A stretch of DNA of 40,635 nucleotides from Cyanobacteria bacterium J06626_4 (GCA_038523235.1 JBCBJQ010000051.1:1-40635); one strand, 5' to 3'. Counted from the first letter of the stretch, positions 19,536 to 29,174 are shown. Program-made: numbers and translations. The notes: a model not told the origin generated them from the sequence alone.

Positions 19536-20307
19536 GCGGGCGGCGTGATCGCGATCGCTGCCAGACGAGCAACGCGAGCAGGCCGATCGCGGCGATGGTA
19601 GCGGTGAGCCAGATGGCTAGAATCGTCGAGTGACGGACCGCAATGGCAATGTAGGCCCACACAAACACCAGCGTAAACGGCACGTCTTGGCGGGTAAAAA
19701 TCACCAGCGCGGCGATCGCTGCCGTCACCAGCACCATCACAACCGTCCAAGTGACGCTGCTGTAGTCGCCGCGCCAGGCAGAGTCATAGAGCGCTGAAGC
19801 CACATTCACCACAGTGGCAACGGCGATCCACCCCAGGTAAAGACTGAAGGGGTAGCGCGCAAACCAGCGCCGCTGCCGGGTGGCGACGGCATCGCCATAC
19901 AGAATGAGATAAACGAGCATCAAGGGCACCAGAATGCCCAACATGGCCAAAACGGATAGCCAGAATAACTTCAGCGTAAACAGAAAAATCCAGACCATCT
20001 GAGCCAGACAGGCCATAATCAATAGCTGATTGACCCGGCGAATCCCCGCATCCTGTCGCTGCTTTGGTCCCAGTTGATAGAAGCCATAGGCCATGAGCCC
20101 GAGATAAATCAGCCCCCAAATCGCAAAGGCATAGTTCGCCGGAGTGATCAGCACTCCCGCCAGGGTCGTATTGGCAATTTCGCCGACGTTCTCACCGCCG
20201 GGGGCATAAAAATTGGACAGCGTATTTACCGCCAGCGTGCCGATAATCGCCGATAAGGTGGCGATCGCCAGCCCCCAGCCGGCTGATGGTGTTTGCTGAT
20301 CGTCCAT
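19522..20307 (-). CDS. Tryptophan-rich sensory (TspO/MBR-like) multi-pass membrane protein
   Basis: ITPA.YAFAIWGLIY, PFSLYLGWIAVATVVN, multiple TM helices; GAGGTGA SD. Confidence 0.85.
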   Translation of the reverse strand: MDDQQTPSAGWGLAIATLSAIIGTLAVNTLSNFYAPGGENVGEIANTTLAGVLITPANYAFAIWGLIYLGLMAYGFYQLGPKQRQDAGIRRVNQLLIMACLAQMVWIFLFTLKLFWLSVLAMLGILVPLMLVYLILYGDAVATRQRRWFARYPFSLYLGWIAVATVVNVASALYDSAWRGDYSSVTWTVVMVLVTAAIAALVIFTRQDVPFTLVFVWAYIAIAVRHSTILAIWLTATIAAIGLLALLVWQRSRSRRPLKTG

Positions 20308-21064
20308 AGACTCACCTCATGGCCCCGTGTCATCTATCTTTATCGTGCCGCACTTTGCCGCAATCTTGCGTTGGCGCTGACTTCACTTTGGCAAGCCCAA
20401 GCAATCCGGCAATTGGCTGGGAGCACCACGCAGAGCAATTGACACATCCGATGACCAGGAAACAGCCATCGGCTCTCAAAAGACAGATTTGATATGAGCT
20501 CCCCTGAGCCCAGACCCTGGCAGAAGAGACCGCAATGATGCTGACCATCTGGCCAAAGGGCTTTTGGCGGATCTACCGCTGTCTATCTCCCGCCTGCCGC
20601 TCAGCAGTGATACGGAAGCAAGAGTCTGACTGGGCGCAGGACGCATCATCCCTCACGATCAAATCCCGCGATTACCACGACTCGCTCGAGCCAGAGAAAA
20701 GTAGCAGGACTTAGTCAAAAAACTTGGCATCAGAACTCTTAAATAAGCTGTACCTCAGGTCTAATACTAGACACTAGAAAGCACTTTTATACTGAGCTTG
20801 ACTTCACCAGTGGCGATCACCTTTCTCAAGCTGACAATAAGCTTTGTAATCCAGCAATAAGCCGTTGTAGAACAAATAAAGTCTTTTTACGATGTGATTT
20901 TCGTGATCCTATATTCGGCCACACCTTATAGAGAGAGGCGTCTCCATGGAAAAATCAAACATAAAGGCAGATGCATTTCACGCTAAATCTCTAACTTTTG
21001 ATAGAGGTTTGATCCGTGGGAAAGCACTGTAAGCTATGTCGAAACTGTTTCGAGGAAATTCATC

Positions 21065-21250
21065 ATGAAAATGACTCGTTTGATGGCATTGCCTCTCATT
21101 CTTGGTCTATCAATGCTGACGATTGCCTGCGGTAGCCCGGAAGCCGGGGATGAAGGCATTGAAGAGGGCGTCGGTGAAGAAGACGTGATGGAAGACGAGG
21201 GGGGAGAAGAACCGGAAGAAGCTGAGGAAGCGCCAGCAGAAGGCGAATAG
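21065..21250 (+). CDS. Small highly acidic lipoprotein
   Basis: GAGGA SD, signal peptide with lipobox LTIAC, Glu/Asp/Gly-rich mature part. Confidence 0.8.
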   Translation: MKMTRLMALPLILGLSMLTIACGSPEAGDEGIEEGVGEEDVMEDEGGEEPEEAEEAPAEGE

Positions 21251-21326
21251 GGATCTGCGCTTCAAGATAGCTTTAGCCATCTAGGCTAGGACACCGAGTA
21301 TCATCCGGTTGCTTAGCAAACAGCCA

Positions 21327-21375
21327 GATGTTGTGGCCGTCTTGTCCTAACGGAGCTGGCGACGGCCATAACATC
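21327..21375. terminator. 15-bp stem-loop between convergent genes
   Basis: GATGTTGTGGCCGTC (21327-21341) pairs with GACGGCCATAACATC (21361-21375) with one G-U; no long U tract. Confidence 0.5.
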
Positions 21376-21571
21376 CCATTTGTGGCAACGTTTGCTGCCG
21401 GGGCTTGGCAGTGCCAAACCCCGGCAATCGGTACGCTGTTTTCCAGCAAATCCTCTAAATCGCGATTGCCGACCTTGTCACTGTTTTAGAAAGGCCGGCA
21501 ATTGGGTTGGCCTCAGTCATATTGGCCGCAAGAGCCTCGCCAAAGGCGTGGCCGGGCCTGAGAGTGGGAGA

Positions 21572-22513
21572 TTAGCCTCTGAGAGTATCGACGTTTTCTA
21601 GGTACCAGGCGTAGGTTTTTTCAATCCCGGTTTTCAGGTCGGTTTGGGCCTGCCAGCCTAGCGAGTTGAGGCGCGCAACGTCGAGCAGCTTGCGGGGGGT
21701 GCCATTGGGTTTAGAAGTGTCAAATACCAACTCACCCTCAAAGCCCACCACGGCTTGAATGGTCAGTGCCAACTCCTTGATGGAGATTTCTTGGCCGGTG
21801 CCGACGTTGACAAAATCAACATCGTTATAGGTTTTCATCAGATAAATCAGCGCATCCGCGAGATCATCGACATACAAAAACTCTCGCAGCGGTTCGCCGG
21901 TGCCCCAGACGGTGACGGTGCTCGCTTGACTAACTTTGGCTTCGTGAAACTTGCGCATCAGCGCCGGTAGCACATGGGAATTATTCAGATCAAAGTTGTC
22001 ATTGACGCCATAGAGATTGGTGGGCATCGCTGAAATAAAGTTGACGCCATATTGCCGGCAATAATTTTCGCAGAGCTTGAGACCCGCAATTTTAGCGATC
22101 GCGTAGGGCTCATTGGTAGGCTCCAGGGCGCCTGTGAGCAGATAGTCTTCCCGCATGGGTTGGGCACACAGCTTGGGATAAATGCAGGAGGAGCCTAAGA
22201 ACAGCAGCTTTTGCACCTGATGGCGATAGGCGCTATGAATAATGTTCGACTCAATCATCAAGTTGTCGTACAAAAATTCGCCGCGATAGATATTGTTCGC
22301 CTGAATGCCGCCAACCTTGGCCGCTGCCAAAAAAACATACTCCGGCTTCTCAGTGGCAAAAAAGTCTTCGACAGCTTGCTGCTGCCGCAGATCAAGCTCT
22401 CGGCTAGAGCGCACAATCAGATTCGAGTAGCCCTGCTGTTTAAGGGCTCGAACAACCGCCCCGCCGACTAAACCATTATGTCCGGCGACAAAAACTTTCG
22501 CTTGAGAGTCCAT
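21572..22513 (-). CDS. fcl: GDP-L-fucose synthase
   Basis: [65 protein letters not shown]; start MDSQAK at 22513. Confidence 0.96.
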   Translation of the reverse strand: MDSQAKVFVAGHNGLVGGAVVRALKQQGYSNLIVRSSRELDLRQQQAVEDFFATEKPEYVFLAAAKVGGIQANNIYRGEFLYDNLMIESNIIHSAYRHQVQKLLFLGSSCIYPKLCAQPMREDYLLTGALEPTNEPYAIAKIAGLKLCENYCRQYGVNFISAMPTNLYGVNDNFDLNNSHVLPALMRKFHEAKVSQASTVTVWGTGEPLREFLYVDDLADALIYLMKTYNDVDFVNVGTGQEISIKELALTIQAVVGFEGELVFDTSKPNGTPRKLLDVARLNSLGWQAQTDLKTGIEKTYAWYLENVDTLRG

Positions 22514-22711
22514 AGTATAAATGTCTTGCCTAATACAAAATGGATAGATTGCGGGCCGACGGGTCGATGGTCGTGAGGATTGAGTCAACGTCACAGCATG
22601 CCTCATGCCGATGGCGTAGCCCCGCTCCCAGCCGCCATTTATCCTCAGCCCTGAAAGCAATCAAGACTTTACTGTATAAAGATGCCCCGGCTGGGGATGA
22701 TTTACACAGGG

Positions 22712-23953
22712 CTAGCTGCTGAGTCCGGTCGGGATGATCAGGCCCACCAGCAAACCCAGCCCGCCCCCCGCTAAAACCAACTGCCAGGTGGGCGTTTTAA
22801 AGCGAATCAGGGCAACCAACGACAGGACTGTGATCGCCCCCGCAATCACAGTGAGCCAGAGCGAAGGCCGCTCGATAATCGCTGTTTGCGCCAAAGGGAG
22901 GGTCGCGATCGCGATTGCCCCTAAAACGGCTGGGCGTACCGCCATTAAAAAGGCCTTGACATACAGGTTTTGACGCAGCCGGAGCAAGAGTGGTGCCCCC
23001 GCCATAATGAACAAAAATGAAGGTGTAAAGATCCCGATACTCGCCACCAGCGCCCCCAACACACCGGCCACCTTGAACCCGACAAAGGCGGCAGTGAGCA
23101 CCACCGGGCCAGGACTGAGCTGCCCGATCGCAATGCCATTGAGAAATTCGCTACGCGTCAGCCAATGGAGCTGCTCAACCACGTCGTATTCGAGCAGCGG
23201 AATAATCACCAAGCCACCGCCAAAAATAAAGGTGCCCGTTTTGAAAAAATAGCCCAGCAGGGGCCAAAAAAAGGGGCCAATCCGCTCCCAGCCCCAAAAG
23301 CTAGAGAGGGCTAAGACGTCCGCTGTCGGGGTGGCCGCAGTGAGGCTAGCCATCAGCCCCAGCGGCAGCCAGAGCGCCTGAGGCGGCGACTGACGGGGCC
23401 GGTAGATCGCCAGCCCTAGCAAACCCGCCAAAATAAACGCTAGCAGGGGGCTCAAGTTTCCGAACCCCACGGCGATGCCCACCGCGATCGCGATCGCCAC
23501 CCCCTGCCAGTCATGCACTGACTTTTTGCCCAGCTTCCAGCAGAATCCCAAAATGATGGCAATCATCACCGGTGCGATGCCAAAGAAAATGGCGTCTAGC
23601 TGGGGCAACGCCTGAAACCGAAAATACACCCACGCCAGGGTAACGACAATCAAGAAGGCGGGGGCAATAAAAGCCAGACCCGCGACCAAAGCGCCGACCT
23701 GTCCGGCCCTGACATAGCCCAGATAGATGCCCATCTGCGTCGAGGCCGGGCCCGGGAGCATTTCGCAGACGGCCATCCCATCACTAAATTGATCTTGCGT
23801 GAGCCACTGACGCCGCACCACGGCTTCATCGTTTTGCATCGCAATGTGGGCCTGAGGGCCGCCAAAGCCGATACTGCCTAAGCGGCCAAAGATTCGGATG
23901 AGTTCCCAAAGGCGATCGCGAAATGAACTCGGCGCGTCCGTGGAAGAAGACAT
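22712..23953 (-). CDS. chrA: Chromate ion transporter (CHR family, bidomain)
   Basis: Duplicated CHR motifs G.IGFGGP..HI / LPGP.STQ and FIFGGGL / QLSPGP; start MSSSTD at 23953. Confidence 0.92.
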   Translation of the reverse strand: MSSSTDAPSSFRDRLWELIRIFGRLGSIGFGGPQAHIAMQNDEAVVRRQWLTQDQFSDGMAVCEMLPGPASTQMGIYLGYVRAGQVGALVAGLAFIAPAFLIVVTLAWVYFRFQALPQLDAIFFGIAPVMIAIILGFCWKLGKKSVHDWQGVAIAIAVGIAVGFGNLSPLLAFILAGLLGLAIYRPRQSPPQALWLPLGLMASLTAATPTADVLALSSFWGWERIGPFFWPLLGYFFKTGTFIFGGGLVIIPLLEYDVVEQLHWLTRSEFLNGIAIGQLSPGPVVLTAAFVGFKVAGVLGALVASIGIFTPSFLFIMAGAPLLLRLRQNLYVKAFLMAVRPAVLGAIAIATLPLAQTAIIERPSLWLTVIAGAITVLSLVALIRFKTPTWQLVLAGGGLGLLVGLIIPTGLSS

Positions 23954-24354
23954 AAAGGCTCCCCGTAATCGACAGTGCAACCCACCCGGCTCAAATTAGG
24001 GGCAGAGGCCCAGCAGTTGCTGATTTTCTATTGTGAGCGGCAGTGGTTCATTCCACTGGATGCCTGCAATACATTCGTCACTCGGTGGTCGGTCTGGCTG
24101 GAGTGGGAGCGTGAGGAATCAGAGGCTGGGACAAGGTGGAATCCGGGGGCAGGGCCGCTAGATGAGGGGTGCTGGCTAAAGTTGAGAGCAGGCCCATCAC
24201 CCTTAGCGCCGCACGCACCGCAAGGGCACTTGTCATTGATTGAGACAATCGTAACAATTGGATAGACCGAGCCCAACAGCTCGCGAAAACGAGGATTCCA
24301 CCTTTAGCTTTAAACTACATCCATAGATTAAACGCGGCCAATCATGTCAATTCG

Positions 24355-24370
24355 ATAGAATCTGGTCTAT
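24355..24370. promoter_or_regulatory. NdhR(CcmR)-type binding site ATAG-N8-CTAT
   Basis: ATAG-aatctggt-CTAT, 18 nt upstream of the ndhR start; matches the motif described for cyanobacterial NdhR. Confidence 0.7.
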
Positions 24371-24388
24371 GATGCTGGTGACACATCT

Positions 24389-25393
24389 GTGGGGGAATTT
24401 AAGCCGTTGTTTCACGCTACGCTGCATCAACTCAAGGTTTTTGAAGCAACTGCTCGTCACGGTAGCTTTACCCGCGCGGCAGAAGAACTTTATCTCACGC
24501 AACCGACCGTTTCGATTCAAGTCAAGCAGTTGACCAAGGCCGTGGGGCTGCCGCTGTTTGAACAAATCGGCAAACGCCTCTATCTGACTCAAGCCGGTCA
24601 ACAGCTGCTCAATACCTGCCAACAGGTCTTTGAAGGGCTCGAACAGTTCGAGATGGCGATCGCCGATATCAAAGGCATGAAGCAAGGCCAACTCCGAATT
24701 GCCGTGATTACGACCGCTAAATATTTTGTGCCGCGCCTGCTTGGCCCTTTCTGCCAGCGCTTTCCGGGCATTGATATTTCACTTAAGGTGACCAATCACC
24801 AAAATATTCAAGAGCGCATGGCAAACAACGATGATGACCTTTACATCATTAGCCAAACGCCTGACCAGCCCGATCTGACGGTGCACCCGTTCTTAGAAAA
24901 TCCGCTGGTGGTGATCGCGCCCAAAAATCATCCACTGGTGGGCAAAACCAATATTCCTATTCAAGCGCTCAATGGTGAGCAGTTCATCATGCGGGAGCCG
25001 GGCTCCGGGACCCGACAGGCCGTGCAATCGCTGTTTGAAGAGCACGATGTCGAAGTCAAGGTACGCCTAGAGCTGGGCAGCAACGAGGCGATTAAGCAGG
25101 CGATCGCCGGTGGTCTGGGCATTTCCGTCCTGTCGGTACACACCATCATTTCCGAAGGCACTACAGGCGAATACGCCATTCTCGATGTGGAAAACTTCCC
25201 CATCGAGCGCCAGTGGTATGCGGCTCACCTGGCGGGCAAACAGCTGTCAGTGGTGGCTGATACCTTTCTCAAGTATCTGCTGGCCGAGAGTCATGACATG
25301 GCCCAAAAGCTGCTGCCGGGCATTCAACTAGCGGCGGGCAAGCCCGATGACAATGGTCAGACATTAGCTTTAACGGGGAACAAGCTGTCTTAA
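24389..25393 (+). CDS. ndhR: LysR-type low-carbon regulator NdhR/CcmR
   Basis: ATLHQLKVFEATARHGSFTRAAEELY, AVITTAKYF.PRLLG, SLKVTNH, VRLELGSNEAIKQAIAGG, LAGKQLSV match the recalled Synechocystis NdhR sequence better than CmpR or RbcR. Confidence 0.85.
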   Translation: MGEFKPLFHATLHQLKVFEATARHGSFTRAAEELYLTQPTVSIQVKQLTKAVGLPLFEQIGKRLYLTQAGQQLLNTCQQVFEGLEQFEMAIADIKGMKQGQLRIAVITTAKYFVPRLLGPFCQRFPGIDISLKVTNHQNIQERMANNDDDLYIISQTPDQPDLTVHPFLENPLVVIAPKNHPLVGKTNIPIQALNGEQFIMREPGSGTRQAVQSLFEEHDVEVKVRLELGSNEAIKQAIAGGLGISVLSVHTIISEGTTGEYAILDVENFPIERQWYAAHLAGKQLSVVADTFLKYLLAESHDMAQKLLPGIQLAAGKPDDNGQTLALTGNKLS

Positions 25394-25616
25394 AAGCGGG
25401 CGATCGCAATGCCATCACGGATTAACGGCGGTCGCCACGGCAGAGATTCGGCATTGCCTGCATCCACATGTCGCGTAGAGACGCACGACACGCCTCTATC
25501 GCTAGCGCTATGGGGGAAGCGGCTGAGGATAGCTTCTGCGATCGCAGGGGTTTGGCAATGCCAAACCCTGACAAGCAATCGTTCTATCCTAGGGATATGA
25601 CTTAAGCATCACCCCT

Positions 25617-25850
25617 TTAGTCCTCATAGATGCGGGCTTCAGGCGCATCAGGATTTTCTTCAAGATATTGATCGAAGTTGCTTTTTTCGGGCTCTTGGTG
25701 CTGGTGCGACACCTCGGCCTGCATTTCTTCAACGGCATCCCAAGCAGCGGCACATTCAGTAGATTCTGTGCCCTTTTCTGCACAGATCGACCGCGCCTGG
25801 GCCCGGGCTTTTTCTAACTCATCATGAAACTGCTTGCTGTCAACACTCAT
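25617..25850 (-). CDS. cp12: Calvin cycle protein CP12, N-terminal-Cys-pair-only type
   Basis: C-x9-C followed by AAAWDAVEE; C-terminus YLEENPDAPEARIYED; GAGGAG SD before ATG 25850. Confidence 0.93.
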   Translation of the reverse strand: MSVDSKQFHDELEKARAQARSICAEKGTESTECAAAWDAVEEMQAEVSHQHQEPEKSNFDQYLEENPDAPEARIYED

Positions 25851-26144
25851 GTTATTAACTCCTCGTGGCTTCAACGGAATCTGATAGAACTTCGACGATT
25901 CGCTTTGGCACAGGCCCTTAACGTTAATCGCTCGGGGTACGGCAGCGGTCTGTCGAAGTTGCCGGGGTAACGCTTAGTCGGCAGCGATGATGCACCATCC
26001 CTTGGGCACAGTCCCTGCCAGGCTCAAACATACCCAGCCTCACAATTTTGGAACAATACTGGACACTTTGGGGAAATCGGTATTGTTCGTCGGTTAATTC
26101 TAAATATTCCGGCCCCGTCAAGACGGCCTTACCGGCTTCAACCT

Positions 26145-26468
26145 TCAGGTCACGGGCGCCCAAAACACTTCTACTTCTGACAGCACAATGATGCAGCCAG
26201 TCAATAAATCCTTTTGACTCGCCAGAAAGGTATTGATGGCATCCGGCTCAGCCAAAATTCTCACCTCAATCGGCAAGTCAGACGCTAACGCCATCTGATT
26301 TGCGGTCGGAATCGCCATCTGCGGCCCAAAGCCTTCCATTGCCGCGATCGCGATCGCGCTGTACAGCCCTTGCTCTAACGCCGTGGCCACAATCGCGGTG
26401 TGCAGGGGACGCGTCCCTGACCGGCTGCTTTCGCTGGTGTAAATACTCAACTGTTTCCACACTTGCAT
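26145..26468 (-). CDS. DUF190 family (PII-like) protein
   Basis: L.IY..ES....PL..AIV, EGFG, DLPI.V motifs; start MQVWKQ at 26468. Confidence 0.8.
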   Translation of the reverse strand: MQVWKQLSIYTSESSRSGTRPLHTAIVATALEQGLYSAIAIAAMEGFGPQMAIPTANQMALASDLPIEVRILAEPDAINTFLASQKDLLTGCIIVLSEVEVFWAPVT

Positions 26469-26610
26469 TACTGGAGTCTCCTGCAGTCTGTCTACAGTCT
26501 TTTGTACTGCAAGCCCACAGCAATCCACCATTCCTGCCACAAATTAATGCGTTGTGGCAAAGTCCCGTAACATTCGATTCCAGACAGCGGTAAAAGCCGG
26601 CTCACAAAAT

Positions 26611-26756
26611 TACAGCGACACAGACAAGTCGGCTTTCTCCCAGTCGGAGACCCTGCTTGTTGGCCTGGCCTGCCCGTCGGGCTGACGACTCCGCTCCGCC
26701 GACGTTCCTTGAGCGCAGTCGAAAGGAAGATCGGTAGTCCAGCTTCAGAGAATTGG
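26611..26756 (-). repeat. 146-nt structured dispersed repeat, copy A
   Basis: Reverse complement matches 28762-28907 at 141/146 positions by manual alignment. Confidence 0.95.
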
Positions 26757-26806
26757 GATAAGAACGACTGCATTCGGCGACGTTCACCATCATTAGCGGT
26801 TTCCAA

Positions 26807-26842
26807 TCAAAAGGGTTCGACAAAATTGCCGAACCCTTTTGA
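26807..26842. terminator. Hairpin, likely bidirectional intrinsic terminator
   Basis: TCAAAAGGGTTCG-N10-CGAACCCTTTTGA, a perfect 13-bp stem with A4/T4 at the base. Confidence 0.7.
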
Positions 26843-27237
26843 AGCCTTTATTTAGACTGCAACTTTCAAACTTAAGACACAGTGTACTTAACTAGCGAGG
26901 TTGAAGATGATGCTTGCTAAGGTTTACGCCGCCTGACAACACAGTTATTAGTGAAATAGCCAGAGAAATCTCTTAGACTCAGTTCTGATGTTGTTTCAGC
27001 AAGATTTGAACAGTTTTGGACTTTCACCAGCGCTCAAAGAATTAATTTTTGAGTGCTTGTATTAGCTATTTAGTTGTTGCTTTCTTATTTATTAAAGTAG
27101 CACATTCAATTTGAAATTTTGGCGGGTTAATGCAAGTTAATATTCGTTTAAAGGTGGTCAACTAAACATGAACATTTAGCAATCAAATCCTAAGGTTGAC
27201 CTGGGTCGTTCTGCTAGCTGGCCTGTAATTGCGCCGT

Positions 27238-27290
27238 AAAAAACCGGGCGGCGGCAGGTGATCTCAAAGAGAGTACTGTCGCCGCCCGGT
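27238..27290 (-). terminator. Rho-independent terminator of the DUF4079 gene
   Basis: GC-rich 15-bp stem (27243-27257 with 27276-27290) followed by a T-run on the minus strand. Confidence 0.8.
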
Positions 27291-27317
27291 CTCGGGTCGG
27301 TCGAAAATTCAGCCGGG

Positions 27318-27788
27318 CTAGAAATTTTCTAAAATGCGCTGCACGATTTGTACGCCCGTCACCGCTTGCCAGCCAAAGAGACCCACCAACGCCACGTTGA
27401 GCGTGATGTGGGCGGTGCGCGCAACGTCATTGCCTTTTTGCATGAAGGGCACCAAAGAGGCGGAAGTCGCGATAATGCCAGTCATCCCCAATCCCACTAG
27501 CAGGTGAGGCCCAAAAAATAGCTTGCCGTTGTTCACGTAGGTGACGCCCATGCCACCAATACTGCCGAGCACCATGAATGCCAGTAGGGCTGACCCCATC
27601 CGATGATGACGGCTATTGAATTTGCCTTTGATGAGGGCTTTCTTGGCATCGCCTTCTGCCGATCGCGTCGCCCGAATTTTCATGCCGAGATAGAGAGCGT
27701 AGAGGCTCACCCCTAATAACACCCACATAATCACTGGATGAAAGAAATTCAAATACGGCTTGATTGGGTCTAGTGCTCCGAGGTCCAT
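27318..27788 (-). CDS. DUF4079 family membrane protein
   Basis: HP..MW, RHH..GS.LL, LFFGPHL..GL, AR..H..LN, WQA.TG; four TM helices with conserved His residues. Confidence 0.85.
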   Translation of the reverse strand: MDLGALDPIKPYLNFFHPVIMWVLLGVSLYALYLGMKIRATRSAEGDAKKALIKGKFNSRHHRMGSALLAFMVLGSIGGMGVTYVNNGKLFFGPHLLVGLGMTGIIATSASLVPFMQKGNDVARTAHITLNVALVGLFGWQAVTGVQIVQRILENF

Positions 27789-27908
27789 AGACTTTCCTGC
27801 TATTCATACCTTCATAAAAAATTATAGATGCCCCTTTCCGGAAGGGCTATCGATTGCGAGCGCATTTGCTCGCCGCCCCTGGGGCGCTAGCTCACGGTCA
27901 GGATCAGC

Positions 27909-28610
27909 TCAGGCTGACGGTGCCAAAGCCCAATCAACAGCTGCCGCCGCATGCAAGGCAGTGGTGTCAAACAGGGGGATGTCGAGATCGCTTTGTTGGA
28001 CGAGCAGGGTGATTTCTGTGCAGCCGGCGATGATCGCCTCGGCTCCCATTTCTTTCAACGTGTCAATGATTCTAAGATAGGCGGCGCGCGAAGCAGACTG
28101 GATTTTGCCCAGACACAGCTCGTCATAAATGATGCGGTGAATGATCTCGCGATCGCTGGCGGTGGGGATCTGTACCGCGAGGCCATGCTGATGGCTGAGC
28201 CGATCTTTGTAAAACGCTTCTGCCATCGTGAATTGGGTGCCGAGCAAGCCCACAGTCTGCAAATTCTGCGCTTTGATCGCGGTGGCAGTCGCATCAGCGA
28301 TGTGCAAAATCGGTAGCTGAGTGGTCGCCTCAATGGCGGGCACGACTTTGTGCATCGTATTGGTGCAGATGACTAAACCCTCTGCGCCCGCTGCTTCGAG
28401 TGACTGCGCCGCGATCGCTAAGGCTTGACCAGCGGCCTCCCAATCACCCTGACGCTGCAAGACTTCAATGTCGTGAAAGTTGACGCTGTAAAGCACGACC
28501 TTCGCCGAATGCAACCCACCGAGTTGAGCCTTAACGCGCTGGTTGATCTGCTCATAATACAGAACAGTGCTTTCCCAACTCATGCCACCCAACAACCCAA
28601 TTGTTCTCAT
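27909..28610 (-). CDS. Aspartate/glutamate racemase family protein
   Basis: IGLLGGMSWEST, ICTNTMH and AGCTEI (both catalytic Cys), FDTT..HA. Confidence 0.94.
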   Translation of the reverse strand: MRTIGLLGGMSWESTVLYYEQINQRVKAQLGGLHSAKVVLYSVNFHDIEVLQRQGDWEAAGQALAIAAQSLEAAGAEGLVICTNTMHKVVPAIEATTQLPILHIADATATAIKAQNLQTVGLLGTQFTMAEAFYKDRLSHQHGLAVQIPTASDREIIHRIIYDELCLGKIQSASRAAYLRIIDTLKEMGAEAIIAGCTEITLLVQQSDLDIPLFDTTALHAAAAVDWALAPSA

Positions 28611-28761
28611 GCAATGCCCCTCGCAACGGCCGCTGGTTCACTCTTGCCATCGCCATTAGAGAGAGACGGTGTCATGGCAAAACCGCTTTCCCCAAGGCTG
28701 TTTCAAATCCTGTTTTAGAGCCTATCAGGTTAAGCCTAGATGGCTGGCTCTCTGGCTAATA

Positions 28762-28907
28762 CCAATTCTCTGAGATTGGACTACCGATCTTCCTTTCGAC
28801 TGCGCTCAAGGAACGTCGGCGGAGCGGAGTCGTCAGCCCGACGGGCAGGCCAAGCCAACACGCAGGGTCTCCGACTGGGAGAAAGCCGACTTGTCTGTGT
28901 CGCTGTA
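28762..28907 (+). repeat. 146-nt structured dispersed repeat, copy B
   Basis: Inverted copy of 26611-26756. Confidence 0.95.
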
Positions 28908-29174
28908 CTGGCACAAGCGTACTGACAGCGCTAAAGGCGGCGGTTCACAGTTGGGACGCGGAGTTGACAGCACCCAGAATTGGTCGATACAGAGGATGAA
29001 GGTGTCAGTTCGATGAGTCGTTGAACCAGGCCAAGCGATCAAAGCCGTGACTGATCGAGATCTCCGTCGTCAAAGCGTTGCGAGCGATCGCATCTGCGAT
29101 ATAGTCAACCTGACACGGGTTTGGCACTCAGCCTGATTGCTAACCCTGCGCCCCATCAGAAAAGGAGAACGGCC

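Noticed and set aside
24389..25393. Calling the LysR regulator RbcR or CmpR
   Set aside because: The N-terminus and effector-domain motifs fit NdhR/CcmR better, and an NdhR-type site lies upstream
26611..28907. Composite transposon carrying DUF4079 and the racemase
   Set aside because: No transposase, no flanking target-site duplication seen, and the enclosed genes look native (HIP1 present, typical composition)
26602..28925. Similar short ORFs 26602-26823 (-) and 28740-28925 (+) as duplicated peptide genes
   Set aside because: Their similarity is confined to the 146-nt repeat and the starts and ends differ, so they are better explained as reading through a non-coding element
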